From positions 32,001 to 96,000 of the forward strand of contig CAYZJA010000002.1 of assembly GCA_964479005.1 (NCBI GenBank): 64,000 nucleotides of DNA, written 5' to 3'. Every line of letters begins with the position of its first letter. Positions within the stretch are counted from its first letter, which is position 1. This document shows positions 56,322-64,000 of the stretch, in pieces. The notes under the pieces are model-generated. The model was not told where the DNA came from, did not search any database, and worked only from the letters and a program-made list of their open reading frames with translations. The position numbers were made by a program, and so were the translations under genes. This stretch comes from an uncultured Candidatus Saccharibacteria bacterium (GTDB lineage: Bacteria > Patescibacteriota > Minisyncoccia > UBA6257).

Positions 56322-58448
56322 TTAATCTTTGCGCATAATCTGATGACGTGTATATGCCAACCAAATATCACGAATTTTACTTTCTACTCTAACTAAAGCA
56401 AGCTGTCCTTTAGGATTAAATTTCAGATAATACCAGATTATTAAAGCTGATATTAAGCTGATAATAAGAGATATTAACAAAGTGTTCAAAGGGCCTGTGC
56501 GGATTGTGGCAGCGCCTGCTACTAATCCATAGGTAATTGAAGCGCTATCTGTTATTTTAGTTTCATTGTCTGCTGTTACTTCAGCAGTATTGGTGTAAGT
56601 CAAATAAGTTCCTGAAGAAAGGCTGATAGCTTGGAATACAATTGCTTTACTAGCTCCTCTATAAATTGTTCCTAACGATAATCCGGTGGTAGCAATCGTA
56701 TCTGATTGTACTATGCCATTAATTTTAGTAGTACCAGGCATATAACTAAGTACAGAAGGCATAATATCTTTTAAGCTTACGTTATAAAGATCTTTATTAT
56801 TGCCAGCAGTTATAGTTAAGTGGAATTCAATTACATCGCCTTCAGTAACACGAATAACTTTTGAATATACTCTATCCCCAGAAGAAAGATTTCTTCCTAA
56901 TTTTGTCAAATTAAGGTTAGTGCTTATAGAAGTTACGTAGATCGTAACAGAGCGTGTGATTTGTCCGCCACTACCATAACAAGTTAAGCGATACGTTGTA
57001 TCAGAATTGGGAGAAGTAGATTCATATCCACTAGTTGATTTACTTCCGCTCCATCCATTAGAAGCAGTACAGTAGTTAGCATTAGTGGAGGTCCAGCGAA
57101 GATATGTAGATTCTCCTTGAGTAATCGTATATTTATCTGCCCAGAGATTAAGTGTAGGGGTATTAGTGTATTGTCCACTGACATTTACACTACAAGAAGT
57201 ACTTGCGCTTCTATTTTGTGAATCATGAACAGTTAAATAAGCTGTGTAATTACCATATGAACTAAAACTTTTTTGACTATATGAAGTACTACCATAAGTT
57301 GCCCCAGACCAATAATATGAATAATTTCCTGAACCACCAGAAATATTACTAGAAAAAGTAACTGTTTGGTCCGTTTGGGCTGGATTAGGGGAGGCAGAAC
57401 AAGAAACAGATAGAGATTGATTTGTTTGTTGACAAGCATTAGCACAATCATTATATGAAATATAAGAGCCAGAAGTTGTTTGATAACATTGATGGGTAGA
57501 ATAATTACAAGAATATCTTGTTTGGGCAATGCAGTTATTTTGGCAATTATTTAAAGAAGTGTAAGGACCAGAAGTTGATTGATAACATTGCCATGTAGAA
57601 GTATTGCATGCATATCTAGTTATGGGTGTTTGGCAAGCATTTGCACAATCATTTAAATTAGCATAAGCCCCATTAGTAGCTACATAACATTGATAAGTAT
57701 TTGTATTACAGGAATATCTTGTTGGTGCAATACAGTTATTTTGACATGTGCTTAAAGAGGTATATTGTCCATTAGAATCTACCACACATTGATAATTAGA
57801 ATTGCAAGTGTATCGAGTTACAGGCGGCTGACAATTAGTTGTGCAATCATTTAAATTAGCATAAGCCCCATTAGTAGCTACATAGCATTGATAAGTATTT
57901 GTATTGCATGAATATCTTGTTGGAGATGGAGGTGCCTGAACATAAACCGTAGCGCTATCAGTGACCGTATCGTAATGGCAGTTACTATTACAAGTGATTG
58001 TAAAAGCAGTAGTTTTAGTAAGATTATTAATAGATTTATTTCCATTAAGAGTTACGCTACCACTCCATTGATAATTATACGGAGAAGCAGATGCAGTACA
58101 GTAATTAGTATTAGAAGAAGTCCAGTGCAAAGTAGCAGAACTATTGTATGGAACAGAAGTCGGGGCAGCAGAAATATTTACTGATGGGGAATGGCAAATA
58201 GTAGTGGTTGTGGTAGGAGGACAGGTTGTTGTAGTGGTGCAAGGAGGTTGTGTAGTTGTAGTTGTGGTAGGGGTAGGATAATGGCAATCAGGATAATGGC
58301 AAGGTGGATAAGTAGTTGTAGTTGGACCCGTAACAATTATAGAAGCATCTACAAAAGATGGACTTATTAATGTAAATAGCAAAATAGCCCCTAAGACAAA
58401 GCTTGGGATTATATATTTTCTAAGAGTTCTATAAAAAAGCTTGTTCAT
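56322..58448 (-). CDS. Secreted surface protein: Thr/Pro linker, ~7 tandem ~31-aa Cys-rich repeats, DUF11-like domain, C-terminal TM anchor with basic tail
   Basis: 708 aa with a signal peptide. Repeats follow TRYSCNTNTYQCYVATNGAYANLNDC..NCQ.P. The DUF11-like region covers LNLTKLG...VIEFHLTITAGNN...AEVTADNE. The C-terminus reads ...IRTGP, then a hydrophobic helix, then K/R-rich sequence. Confidence 0.6.
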   Translation of the reverse strand: MNKLFYRTLRKYIIPSFVLGAILLFTLISPSFVDASIIVTGPTTTTYPPCHYPDCHYPTPTTTTTTQPPCTTTTTCPPTTTTTICHSPSVNISAAPTSVPYNSSATLHWTSSNTNYCTASASPYNYQWSGSVTLNGNKSINNLTKTTAFTITCNSNCHYDTVTDSATVYVQAPPSPTRYSCNTNTYQCYVATNGAYANLNDCTTNCQPPVTRYTCNSNYQCVVDSNGQYTSLSTCQNNCIAPTRYSCNTNTYQCYVATNGAYANLNDCANACQTPITRYACNTSTWQCYQSTSGPYTSLNNCQNNCIAQTRYSCNYSTHQCYQTTSGSYISYNDCANACQQTNQSLSVSCSASPNPAQTDQTVTFSSNISGGSGNYSYYWSGATYGSTSYSQKSFSSYGNYTAYLTVHDSQNRSASTSCSVNVSGQYTNTPTLNLWADKYTITQGESTYLRWTSTNANYCTASNGWSGSKSTSGYESTSPNSDTTYRLTCYGSGGQITRSVTIYVTSISTNLNLTKLGRNLSSGDRVYSKVIRVTEGDVIEFHLTITAGNNKDLYNVSLKDIMPSVLSYMPGTTKINGIVQSDTIATTGLSLGTIYRGASKAIVFQAISLSSGTYLTYTNTAEVTADNETKITDSASITYGLVAGAATIRTGPLNTLLISLIISLISALIIWYYLKFNPKGQLALVRVESKIRDIWLAYTRHQIMRKD

Positions 58449-58538
58449 ATTTTTATGTTTTTATTTCTATATTAAAGATTTCCATAATATTATCACATAA
58501 AGATATAACTGTCAAGGAGTAATGGATTTAGCATGGAC

Positions 58539-58566
58539 TTGACAAATCACAAAAATGTAGTATAAT
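58539..58566 (+). promoter_or_regulatory. Consensus sigma70 promoter (TTGACA-16-TATAAT)
   Basis: TTGACA at 58539-58544 and TATAAT at 58561-58566, upstream of the small ORF and lipoprotein operon. Confidence 0.6.
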
Positions 58567-58633
58567 TTAATTAACATCTTAGTATTTTAGCATCATTGAT
58601 AATTTAATAAATGAAAAAAAGGAGATAGATAGA

Positions 58634-58762
58634 ATGAGAATCAAAAAGGCATATCTTTTATTAGTAATTATAGGTTTTGTAATATTGCTAATTGGTTTTT
58701 GTGTTTATGACAAGGGGCCTACAAAAATATATAGAGTTTACGAATTTTCTTTAGAAAGATAA
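58634..58762 (+). CDS. Unannotated small membrane protein (42 aa)
   Basis: A strong SD (aaggagat) lies 7 nt upstream of the ATG. It translates as MRIKKAYLLLVIIGFVILLIGFCVYDKGPTKIYRVYEFSLER. The downstream gene has its own SD. Confidence 0.4.
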   Translation: MRIKKAYLLLVIIGFVILLIGFCVYDKGPTKIYRVYEFSLER

Positions 58763-58802
58763 GAGAGATAAAGAAAGAAATAAAAAAAAGGAGGAAAAAG
58801 AA

Positions 58803-59252
58803 ATGAAAGGAATGAAAAGAAAAGTACTATTTTTTGTTTTAGTAATTTTGCTGGGAGGTTTGTTGACAGGGTGTAATATTGTAATTACTGCACCTGATTG
58901 TTGCCCGTCTCAAATCGAGTGCAGCCTTACTGTAGTGGCAGACTCTTCAGAGGTATATGGAGAAATTGTTGTCAATGGTCAACGAACTGGAAAGTATATA
59001 TTACCTGGTCAATCAATAATAATTTACGGAGTTCTTTGCAATCAGATTGCGACGATTTCTATAGTTGATAATTGTGGGTATTGGTCGCACGAGGAGAATA
59101 TTTACATAATTCCAGGGTCAAACAACTATGTTGTCTTTAGTTACTGGGGTCCATACGGTGTATACAAGGAACAGCAGAAGGAACAGAATGACTATCAGGG
59201 ACAGAACGATTGTCATTGTCATTGTATGAGTATGATGAGTACGAAGGATTAA
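58803..59252 (+). CDS. Lipoprotein (LTGC lipobox) with C-terminal CHCHC motif
   Basis: 149 aa with a signal peptide ending LLTGC. Confidence 0.5.
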   Translation: MKGMKRKVLFFVLVILLGGLLTGCNIVITAPDCCPSQIECSLTVVADSSEVYGEIVVNGQRTGKYILPGQSIIIYGVLCNQIATISIVDNCGYWSHEENIYIIPGSNNYVVFSYWGPYGVYKEQQKEQNDYQGQNDCHCHCMSMMSTKD

Positions 59253-59282
59253 ATAAGGGCTAAGAAGTTAGTAGTACAAAGT

Positions 59283-59324
59283 ATCAAGCTTGTTCAGTAA
59301 GTGGGCAAGCTTGATTTTTTTTAA
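59283..59324 (+). terminator. Rho-independent terminator
   Basis: The 10-bp stem atcaagcttg/caagcttgat has a 14-nt loop and is followed by T8. Confidence 0.7.
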
Positions 59325-59354
59325 ATTCAATTTTCGTTTTGACATATAATATTG

Positions 59355-59386
59355 TTATTTGTCAGGAGGTGATAAATGTGGTATAA
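59355..59386 (+). promoter_or_regulatory. Promoter with extended -10 (TTGTCA-17-TGgTATAAT)
   Basis: Read directly from the sequence upstream of the CAP-domain gene. Confidence 0.4.
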
Positions 59387-59456
59387 TATAAATATAATTA
59401 GAAATTTATTAAAATTAATAGAAATTGATAGAAATTTATTGTAATATATATTAAAT

Positions 59457-60443
59457 ATGAAAATGTTATCTAAAATTAAAAATTGGTTTTTGCCGACTAA
59501 AGAGAATAATTTTCAGCCAAGCGTTTTAAGCGACAGGGCGATTTCTGTTTTTATACTTTTATTTTTATTGGTAAAAGTTATTTTTAGTTTTAATTTAATA
59601 TTAGTAAAACAGTCTTCTCTTTTTGCCGATATTAGCGCTCAAAGAATAATATTTTTAACTAATGAAGTTCGTCAGCAATATGATTTGCCTCTTGTGCAAG
59701 AAGATTCATTATTAAACAAGGCTGCCCAGGAAAAGGCTCAGGATATGTTTAAAAATAAATATTTTAGTCATTATAGCCCAGCTGGAACTTCTCCTTGGCA
59801 TTGGATAGATAAATCTGGATATGATTATTATTATGCTGGGGAAAATTTGGCAATGAATTTTTTAGACACCGAAGAAGTAATAGAAGGATGGCTTAATTCC
59901 CCTTCTCATAGGGAAAATCTTTTGAATAAAGACTATAAAGACATGGGAATTGCTGTTGTTTCAGGAGATTTTAATAGTGAAGGAATTAACAGGATTTTGG
60001 TAGTGCAGATGTTTGCTTCTAAAGCCAAACCATCAATTCCTGTAGCTATGGCTCAAGTTCCTCCAGAGGTTATTCCTTCTGAGGAAATTTTGGAAGAAAA
60101 CAAAGTTTTACCTGAAACAACGGAAACAACAATTCAGACGATTATTGGGGTTGCAGAGGAACAGGCGAAAGATATAACCAGTAAACAGGTTTTAGCGCAA
60201 AAAAATGTATTAGCTCAAATTAATAATAATACAAGAAATCAGGTAGAAACAACGAATAAAGTTATTGCTGGGTTTATAATTCTTTTGGGGGTAATGGCTA
60301 TTGCGGGAATTATTTTGCAGCAGAAAACAATTAGTTTTGGTCTTTCCGAACTCGTTTTAAGAAGCGCAATTATTATTATTTTAGGCGTGTCGTTTACCGC
60401 TTTTCATTTAGAGAATTTAATAGGACACTTGATGATATCTTAA
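59457..60443 (+). CDS. Membrane-anchored CAP/SCP/PR-1 (YkwD-like) domain protein
   Basis: 328 aa with an N-terminal TM helix. The CAP motifs are HYSPAG...GENLA and WLNSPSHRENLL. There are two TM helices at the C-terminus. Confidence 0.7.
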   Translation: MKMLSKIKNWFLPTKENNFQPSVLSDRAISVFILLFLLVKVIFSFNLILVKQSSLFADISAQRIIFLTNEVRQQYDLPLVQEDSLLNKAAQEKAQDMFKNKYFSHYSPAGTSPWHWIDKSGYDYYYAGENLAMNFLDTEEVIEGWLNSPSHRENLLNKDYKDMGIAVVSGDFNSEGINRILVVQMFASKAKPSIPVAMAQVPPEVIPSEEILEENKVLPETTETTIQTIIGVAEEQAKDITSKQVLAQKNVLAQINNNTRNQVETTNKVIAGFIILLGVMAIAGIILQQKTISFGLSELVLRSAIIIILGVSFTAFHLENLIGHLMIS

Positions 60444-60488
60444 TTGTTATTTGTTGATTGTTACTTGTTATTTGCTATTATGTAGGAT

Positions 60489-61175
60489 ATGTTTAAAGAT
60501 TTAAAGCTTTTTTTTCAGATTTTTTTTATAATTTTTATAATTTCTTTTTTTATTTTTAATGGGGCTGCTTTTTTTGATTTAGTAAATTATAAAATTAATA
60601 AATCAACAGAAGTCATAAAGCAAGAATTAATTCGTACTCCTTCTTTTTTAACTAATTTGCCTACACTTGAGGGAATACAATCTTTAATACCAAGCATTAT
60701 TTCACCTGTAATTAGGCCTATTCCTCCTGAAGCAAAAAATGCCAATATTTTAGAAATACCTCAGTTTAATATTAAAGCGCCAATTTTGGAGGTGGAAACA
60801 GCTGATTCAGAGACAATTTATAAAAAATTAAGACAAGGCGTTGTATTATACCCAGGTTCTGATATTCCTGGTAAGGGTTATTCTATTATCGTAGGGCATA
60901 GCTCACAATATCCTTGGGATCCAGGCAGATATAAATCAGTGTTTTCTTTATTAAACCAATTAGAGCAAGGTGATAAAGTTTATGTATTTTGGGATCAAAG
61001 ACCATTAGTTTTTGAAGTAAAAGAGAAAAAGATATTTTTGCCTTGGCCCAAAGGAACAGAAAGCACTGAAATTATTTTTCCGCCAAGCGATGAGAGAACT
61101 TTAATCTTACAAAGCTGCTGGCCTGTAGGCGTTGCCTCTAAAAGAGTGGCAGTGAAAACGGTTCTTGTAAGATAA
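60489..61175 (+). CDS. Sortase family transpeptidase
   Basis: 228 aa with an N-terminal TM helix. The catalytic His is in IIVGHS, the Cys in LILQSCWP (TLxTC-like) and the Arg in KRVAVKTV. Confidence 0.75.
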   Translation: MFKDLKLFFQIFFIIFIISFFIFNGAAFFDLVNYKINKSTEVIKQELIRTPSFLTNLPTLEGIQSLIPSIISPVIRPIPPEAKNANILEIPQFNIKAPILEVETADSETIYKKLRQGVVLYPGSDIPGKGYSIIVGHSSQYPWDPGRYKSVFSLLNQLEQGDKVYVFWDQRPLVFEVKEKKIFLPWPKGTESTEIIFPPSDERTLILQSCWPVGVASKRVAVKTVLVR

Positions 61176-61219
61176 TCTTTTTTTTGTTATGCTAATTTGG
61201 TTCGTTCCAAAATTATAAT

Positions 61220-61294
61220 GCCGTCATCGTCTAGCTTGGTTTAGGACACGGGGCCTTCAATCCCGTAACATGGGTTCAAATCCCATTGACGGCA
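61220..61294 (+). tRNA. tRNA-Glu (anticodon TTC)
   Basis: Acceptor GCCGTCA/TGACGGC. The anticodon stem-loop is CGGGG-CCTTCAA-TCCCG and the T-arm is ATGGG-TTCAAAT-CCCAT. C33 is unusual. Confidence 0.65.
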
Positions 61295-61313
61295 CTCTTC
61301 ATTTTTCTTATTT

Positions 61314-62435
61314 ATGACAATTTTAGGAATTGAGAGTTCTTGTGATGAAACGGCTGTTGGTGTTTTAGAAATAAAAAAAATCAAAGCCGGTTTTTTTATT
61401 AATCCACTTTCTAATGTAGTAGCTAGCCAGATAAAAATACATAGAAAATATGGAGGAGTGGTGCCTATGTTAGCGAGCAGAGAGCACACAAAGAACATTT
61501 CAGTAGTAACTAAAAAAGCGCTAAAAGAAGCATTCGGTTCTGAAAAAGATATTGTTCAAAAAATAGATCTCATAGTTGTTACAAAAGGCCCAGGGTTAAT
61601 TTTATCTCTTTTGATTGGAGTTAATTTTGCCAAAACATTAGCTTGGAAGTGGAATAAACCAATAATTGGGATTAATCATTTGGAAGGCCATCTCCATAGT
61701 TTCTTGTTGCCGCAAAAAACTAAAAATTTAAAACAAATACACAATACAAAATACAGAGCACAGAAGACAAAATCTGTCTTTCCATCAATTTGTCTTTTAG
61801 TTTCTGGGGGAAATACACAATTAATTCATGTAAAAGGCATTGGAAAATATAAAATTATTGGAGAAACTCGCGATGATGCCGCTGGAGAATGTTTTGATAA
61901 AGGAGCAAGAATTTTAGGCCTTAGTTATCCAGGAGGGCCGAGCATTGCTGCTGAAACAGCAAAATTAAAAATTAAAAATTTAAAGTTAAAAATTAGCTTT
62001 AGTCTTCCTCGGCCTATGATTGATTCTGAGAATTATGATTTTTCTTTTTCCGGACTTAAAACCGCTTTACTTTATTTAACTCAAGATATTGGGCCAAAAA
62101 AGGTGAAAAAATATCGTCAAGCTATTGCTTATGAGTTTCAGGAAGCTATTGTTGATGTTTTAATTAGGAAAACAATAAAAGCTGCTAAAGAATTTAAAAC
62201 GAAATCCATTATTTTAGCTGGCGGTGTCTCTGCCAATAAACGATTAAAAGAAAAATTTCAAGAAAGGTTAAAAAAGGAAAAATTGAATATTAAATTGCTT
62301 GTTCCAAAATTGGAATACGCAACTGATAATGCTATAATGATAGCGCTTGCGGGATTTTTCCAATATATTAAGCATGGTAAAAAATCTTTGAGCTGGAAAA
62401 GGATTAAAGCAGATGCAAATTTAAGATTGAGATGA
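61314..62435 (+). CDS. tsaD: tRNA N6-adenosine threonylcarbamoyltransferase TsaD
   Basis: 373 aa starting MTILGIESSCDETAVGV, of the Kae1/TsaD family. It carries a lineage-specific insertion. Confidence 0.9.
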   Translation: MTILGIESSCDETAVGVLEIKKIKAGFFINPLSNVVASQIKIHRKYGGVVPMLASREHTKNISVVTKKALKEAFGSEKDIVQKIDLIVVTKGPGLILSLLIGVNFAKTLAWKWNKPIIGINHLEGHLHSFLLPQKTKNLKQIHNTKYRAQKTKSVFPSICLLVSGGNTQLIHVKGIGKYKIIGETRDDAAGECFDKGARILGLSYPGGPSIAAETAKLKIKNLKLKISFSLPRPMIDSENYDFSFSGLKTALLYLTQDIGPKKVKKYRQAIAYEFQEAIVDVLIRKTIKAAKEFKTKSIILAGGVSANKRLKEKFQERLKKEKLNIKLLVPKLEYATDNAIMIALAGFFQYIKHGKKSLSWKRIKADANLRLR

Positions 62436-62490
62436 ATATAATATAACAAGAACGTTGAAATTGATATGTAACTATTTCAATTATAAAATA

Positions 62491-64000
62491 GTGAATAAAA
62501 TTTACGAACCACAAAAAACCGAGCAGAAAATTTACCGACTTTGGAAAAAGTCGGGCTATTTTAATCCTGATAAATTACCTAACAAAAAAAGCAAGCCGTT
62601 TTGTATTATAATGCCTCCGCCTAATGCAAATGCCCCTTTGCATATTGGGCATGGAGTTTTTGTCACTTTGCAGGATATAATAATTCGTTATCAGAGAATG
62701 AAAGGAAGAAAGGCTTTATGGTTGCCAGGCACAGATCATGCCGGGTTTGAAACTCAAGTTGTTTTTGAAAAGAAATTAAAAAAAGAAGGAAAATCTGGTT
62801 TAGATATGCCGCGCGATGAATTTTATAAAGCGGTTTGGGAATATACACAAAAAAATAGAGAAGTTGTTAAAAAACAATTAGAACAGTTAGGCGCTTCATG
62901 TGATTGGTCTCGTGAAAAATTTACTCTTGATAGAGATATTCAAAAAATCGTTTATCAAACATTAGAGCGGTTATGGAAGGATAAATTGCTTTATCGCGGC
63001 AAAAGAATAGTTAATTATTGCCCCAAACATAAAACAGCCTTTTCTGATTTGGAAGTCAAGTATAAAGAAGAGAAAGGAAGATTATATTTTGTGGAATATA
63101 GATGTAGAGACAAAAATGAATCAATCACTGTTGCCACTACAAGGCCAGAAACTATTCCTGGCGATGTTGCCATTGCTGTTAATTCTAATGATAGAAGATA
63201 CAAAGAGTTAATTGGGGAAAGCGTGATAGAGCCTATTACCAAAAGGGAAATTCCTATTATTAGTGATGAGGCTGTGGATATTGATTTTGGCACTGGTGCA
63301 TTAAAAATTACGCCAGCCCATGATTCTTTAGATTTTGAAATTGGGCAAAGGCATAATTTAGAAACAAAAGAGACATTAGATTTTGATGGGTATTTCAATG
63401 AATTAGCCGGTCCTTTAGCAGGATTAAATATCGCAGATGCGAGGGAAAAATCGGTTGATATTTTAAGAAAAAACAGGGCATTAGTTAAAGAAGATGATTA
63501 TGTTCATGAGATTGGCCATTGTTATAAATGCGAGACAGTTATAGAGCCAATGTTGATGAATCAATGGTTTATAGCTGTAACAAAGTCATTGCCTAAGACA
63601 AAAGAATCTTTACGTGATTTAGCTGTTGACGCAGTAAAGAATAAAAAAATAAAGATTATACCAAAACATTTTGAAAAAGTCTTTTTCCATTGGATGAAGA
63701 ACATAAAAGATTGGAATATTTCGCGCCAAATTCGTTGGGGAATTCCAATCCCTGCTTATTATTGTGATGACTGCGGAAAATCTTTTATTAAAGCGAAAGG
63801 AAATGTATCAAATTGTATTTATTGCAAAAGCGGAAATATTAAAAGCGATTCAGACGTATTAGATACTTGGTTTTCTTCAGGGCAGTGGCCGTTTGCCACT
63901 CTTTTAACATCTAAAAATAAAAAGGATTTTAAAACTTTTTACCCAACTGATGTAATGGAAACAGGCTGGGATATTTTATTTTTTTGGGTGGCAAGGATGA
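62491..64000 (+). CDS. valS: Valine--tRNA ligase (5' part; runs off window end; GTG start)
   Basis: It translates as VNKIYEPQKTEQKIYRLWKKSGYF...PPPNANAPLHIGHG (HIGH motif). A Zn-binding CxxC...CxxC editing-domain region is present. It is absent from the ORF track because there is no stop within the window. Confidence 0.85.
   Translation, partial: MNKIYEPQKTEQKIYRLWKKSGYFNPDKLPNKKSKPFCIIMPPPNANAPLHIGHGVFVTLQDIIIRYQRMKGRKALWLPGTDHAGFETQVVFEKKLKKEGKSGLDMPRDEFYKAVWEYTQKNREVVKKQLEQLGASCDWSREKFTLDRDIQKIVYQTLERLWKDKLLYRGKRIVNYCPKHKTAFSDLEVKYKEEKGRLYFVEYRCRDKNESITVATTRPETIPGDVAIAVNSNDRRYKELIGESVIEPITKREIPIISDEAVDIDFGTGALKITPAHDSLDFEIGQRHNLETKETLDFDGYFNELAGPLAGLNIADAREKSVDILRKNRALVKEDDYVHEIGHCYKCETVIEPMLMNQWFIAVTKSLPKTKESLRDLAVDAVKNKKIKIIPKHFEKVFFHWMKNIKDWNISRQIRWGIPIPAYYCDDCGKSFIKAKGNVSNCIYCKSGNIKSDSDVLDTWFSSGQWPFATLLTSKNKKDFKTFYPTDVMETGWDILFFWVARM

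Noticed and set aside
61241-61498. 85-aa minus-strand ORF
   Set aside because: It overlaps the tRNA-Glu gene and the tsaD start. It is spurious.
1-64000. Possibility of an alternative genetic code (UGA=Gly, as in Gracilibacteria/SR1)
   Set aside because: All long conserved genes (ftsK, gyrB, pheT, PBP1A, valS) are intact under the standard code and several end in TGA (e.g. dnaN), so code 11 applies. The Gly-like split tRNA therefore has no obvious suppressor role.
1-64000. CRISPR arrays and rRNA genes
   Set aside because: No regularly spaced short direct repeats with unique spacers were seen and no rRNA-like conserved stretches. The only tandem DNA repeats are coding (Thr-rich linkers, Cys-repeat modules) or the 30-bp and 45-bp repeats reported above.

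Overview
The window is low-GC bacterial chromosomal DNA with a gene content and architecture typical of Candidate Phyla Radiation (Patescibacteria) genomes. Signs of this include small housekeeping genes, K/E-rich tails on ribosomal proteins, many secreted proteins with Thr-rich linkers, and a T4SS-like cluster. The standard genetic code applies, because long conserved ORFs such as gyrB, pheT, valS and ftsK are intact and UGA/UAA/UAG are used as stops.

The segment spans the replication origin. dnaA and dnaN lie on the minus strand, divergent from rpmH-rnpA-yidC-jag on the plus strand, and DnaA-box-like 9-mers sit in both flanking intergenic regions.

Other housekeeping content:
- ftsK, rpsR, rplY, rpe-rpiB-gap, tyrS, rpsP, gyrB, pheST
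- yebC-ruvC, PBP1A, ksgA, comM, dksA-like, clpP
- tig, nusA, yraN, tsaD, and the 5' part of valS

Accessory-looking content:
1. A minus-strand type-IV-secretion-like cluster at 32001-39820 with a VirB6-like protein, a PrgI/VirB3-like protein, a VirB4 that appears split by an in-frame stop, and a T4SS pilin-like protein fused to an extra C-terminal domain.
2. Very large secreted proteins: a 1170-aa protein with a PLC/P1-nuclease-like domain and lamin-tail domains, and a 708-aa protein with Cys-rich repeats, a DUF11 domain and a C-terminal anchor. A sortase gene and a CAP-domain protein lie nearby.
3. A tRNA island at 53.2-55.8 kb. It contains tRNA-Pro, tRNA-Arg and a tRNA-Ala(CGC) nested between the two halves of a second tRNA-like gene, clamped by a 12-bp inverted repeat. 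A well-formed plus-strand tRNA-His-like cloverleaf is embedded in a predicted Zn-ribbon/HTH/HNH-repeat/PD-(D/E)xK-like endonuclease ORF. The island also has 45-bp direct repeats and recurring CCC(C/G)CACACCAT motifs.

Several structured non-coding elements are also noted: a 38-nt element present twice, a 130-nt nested hairpin upstream of nusA/yraN, and a promoter-hairpin-T-tract unit.
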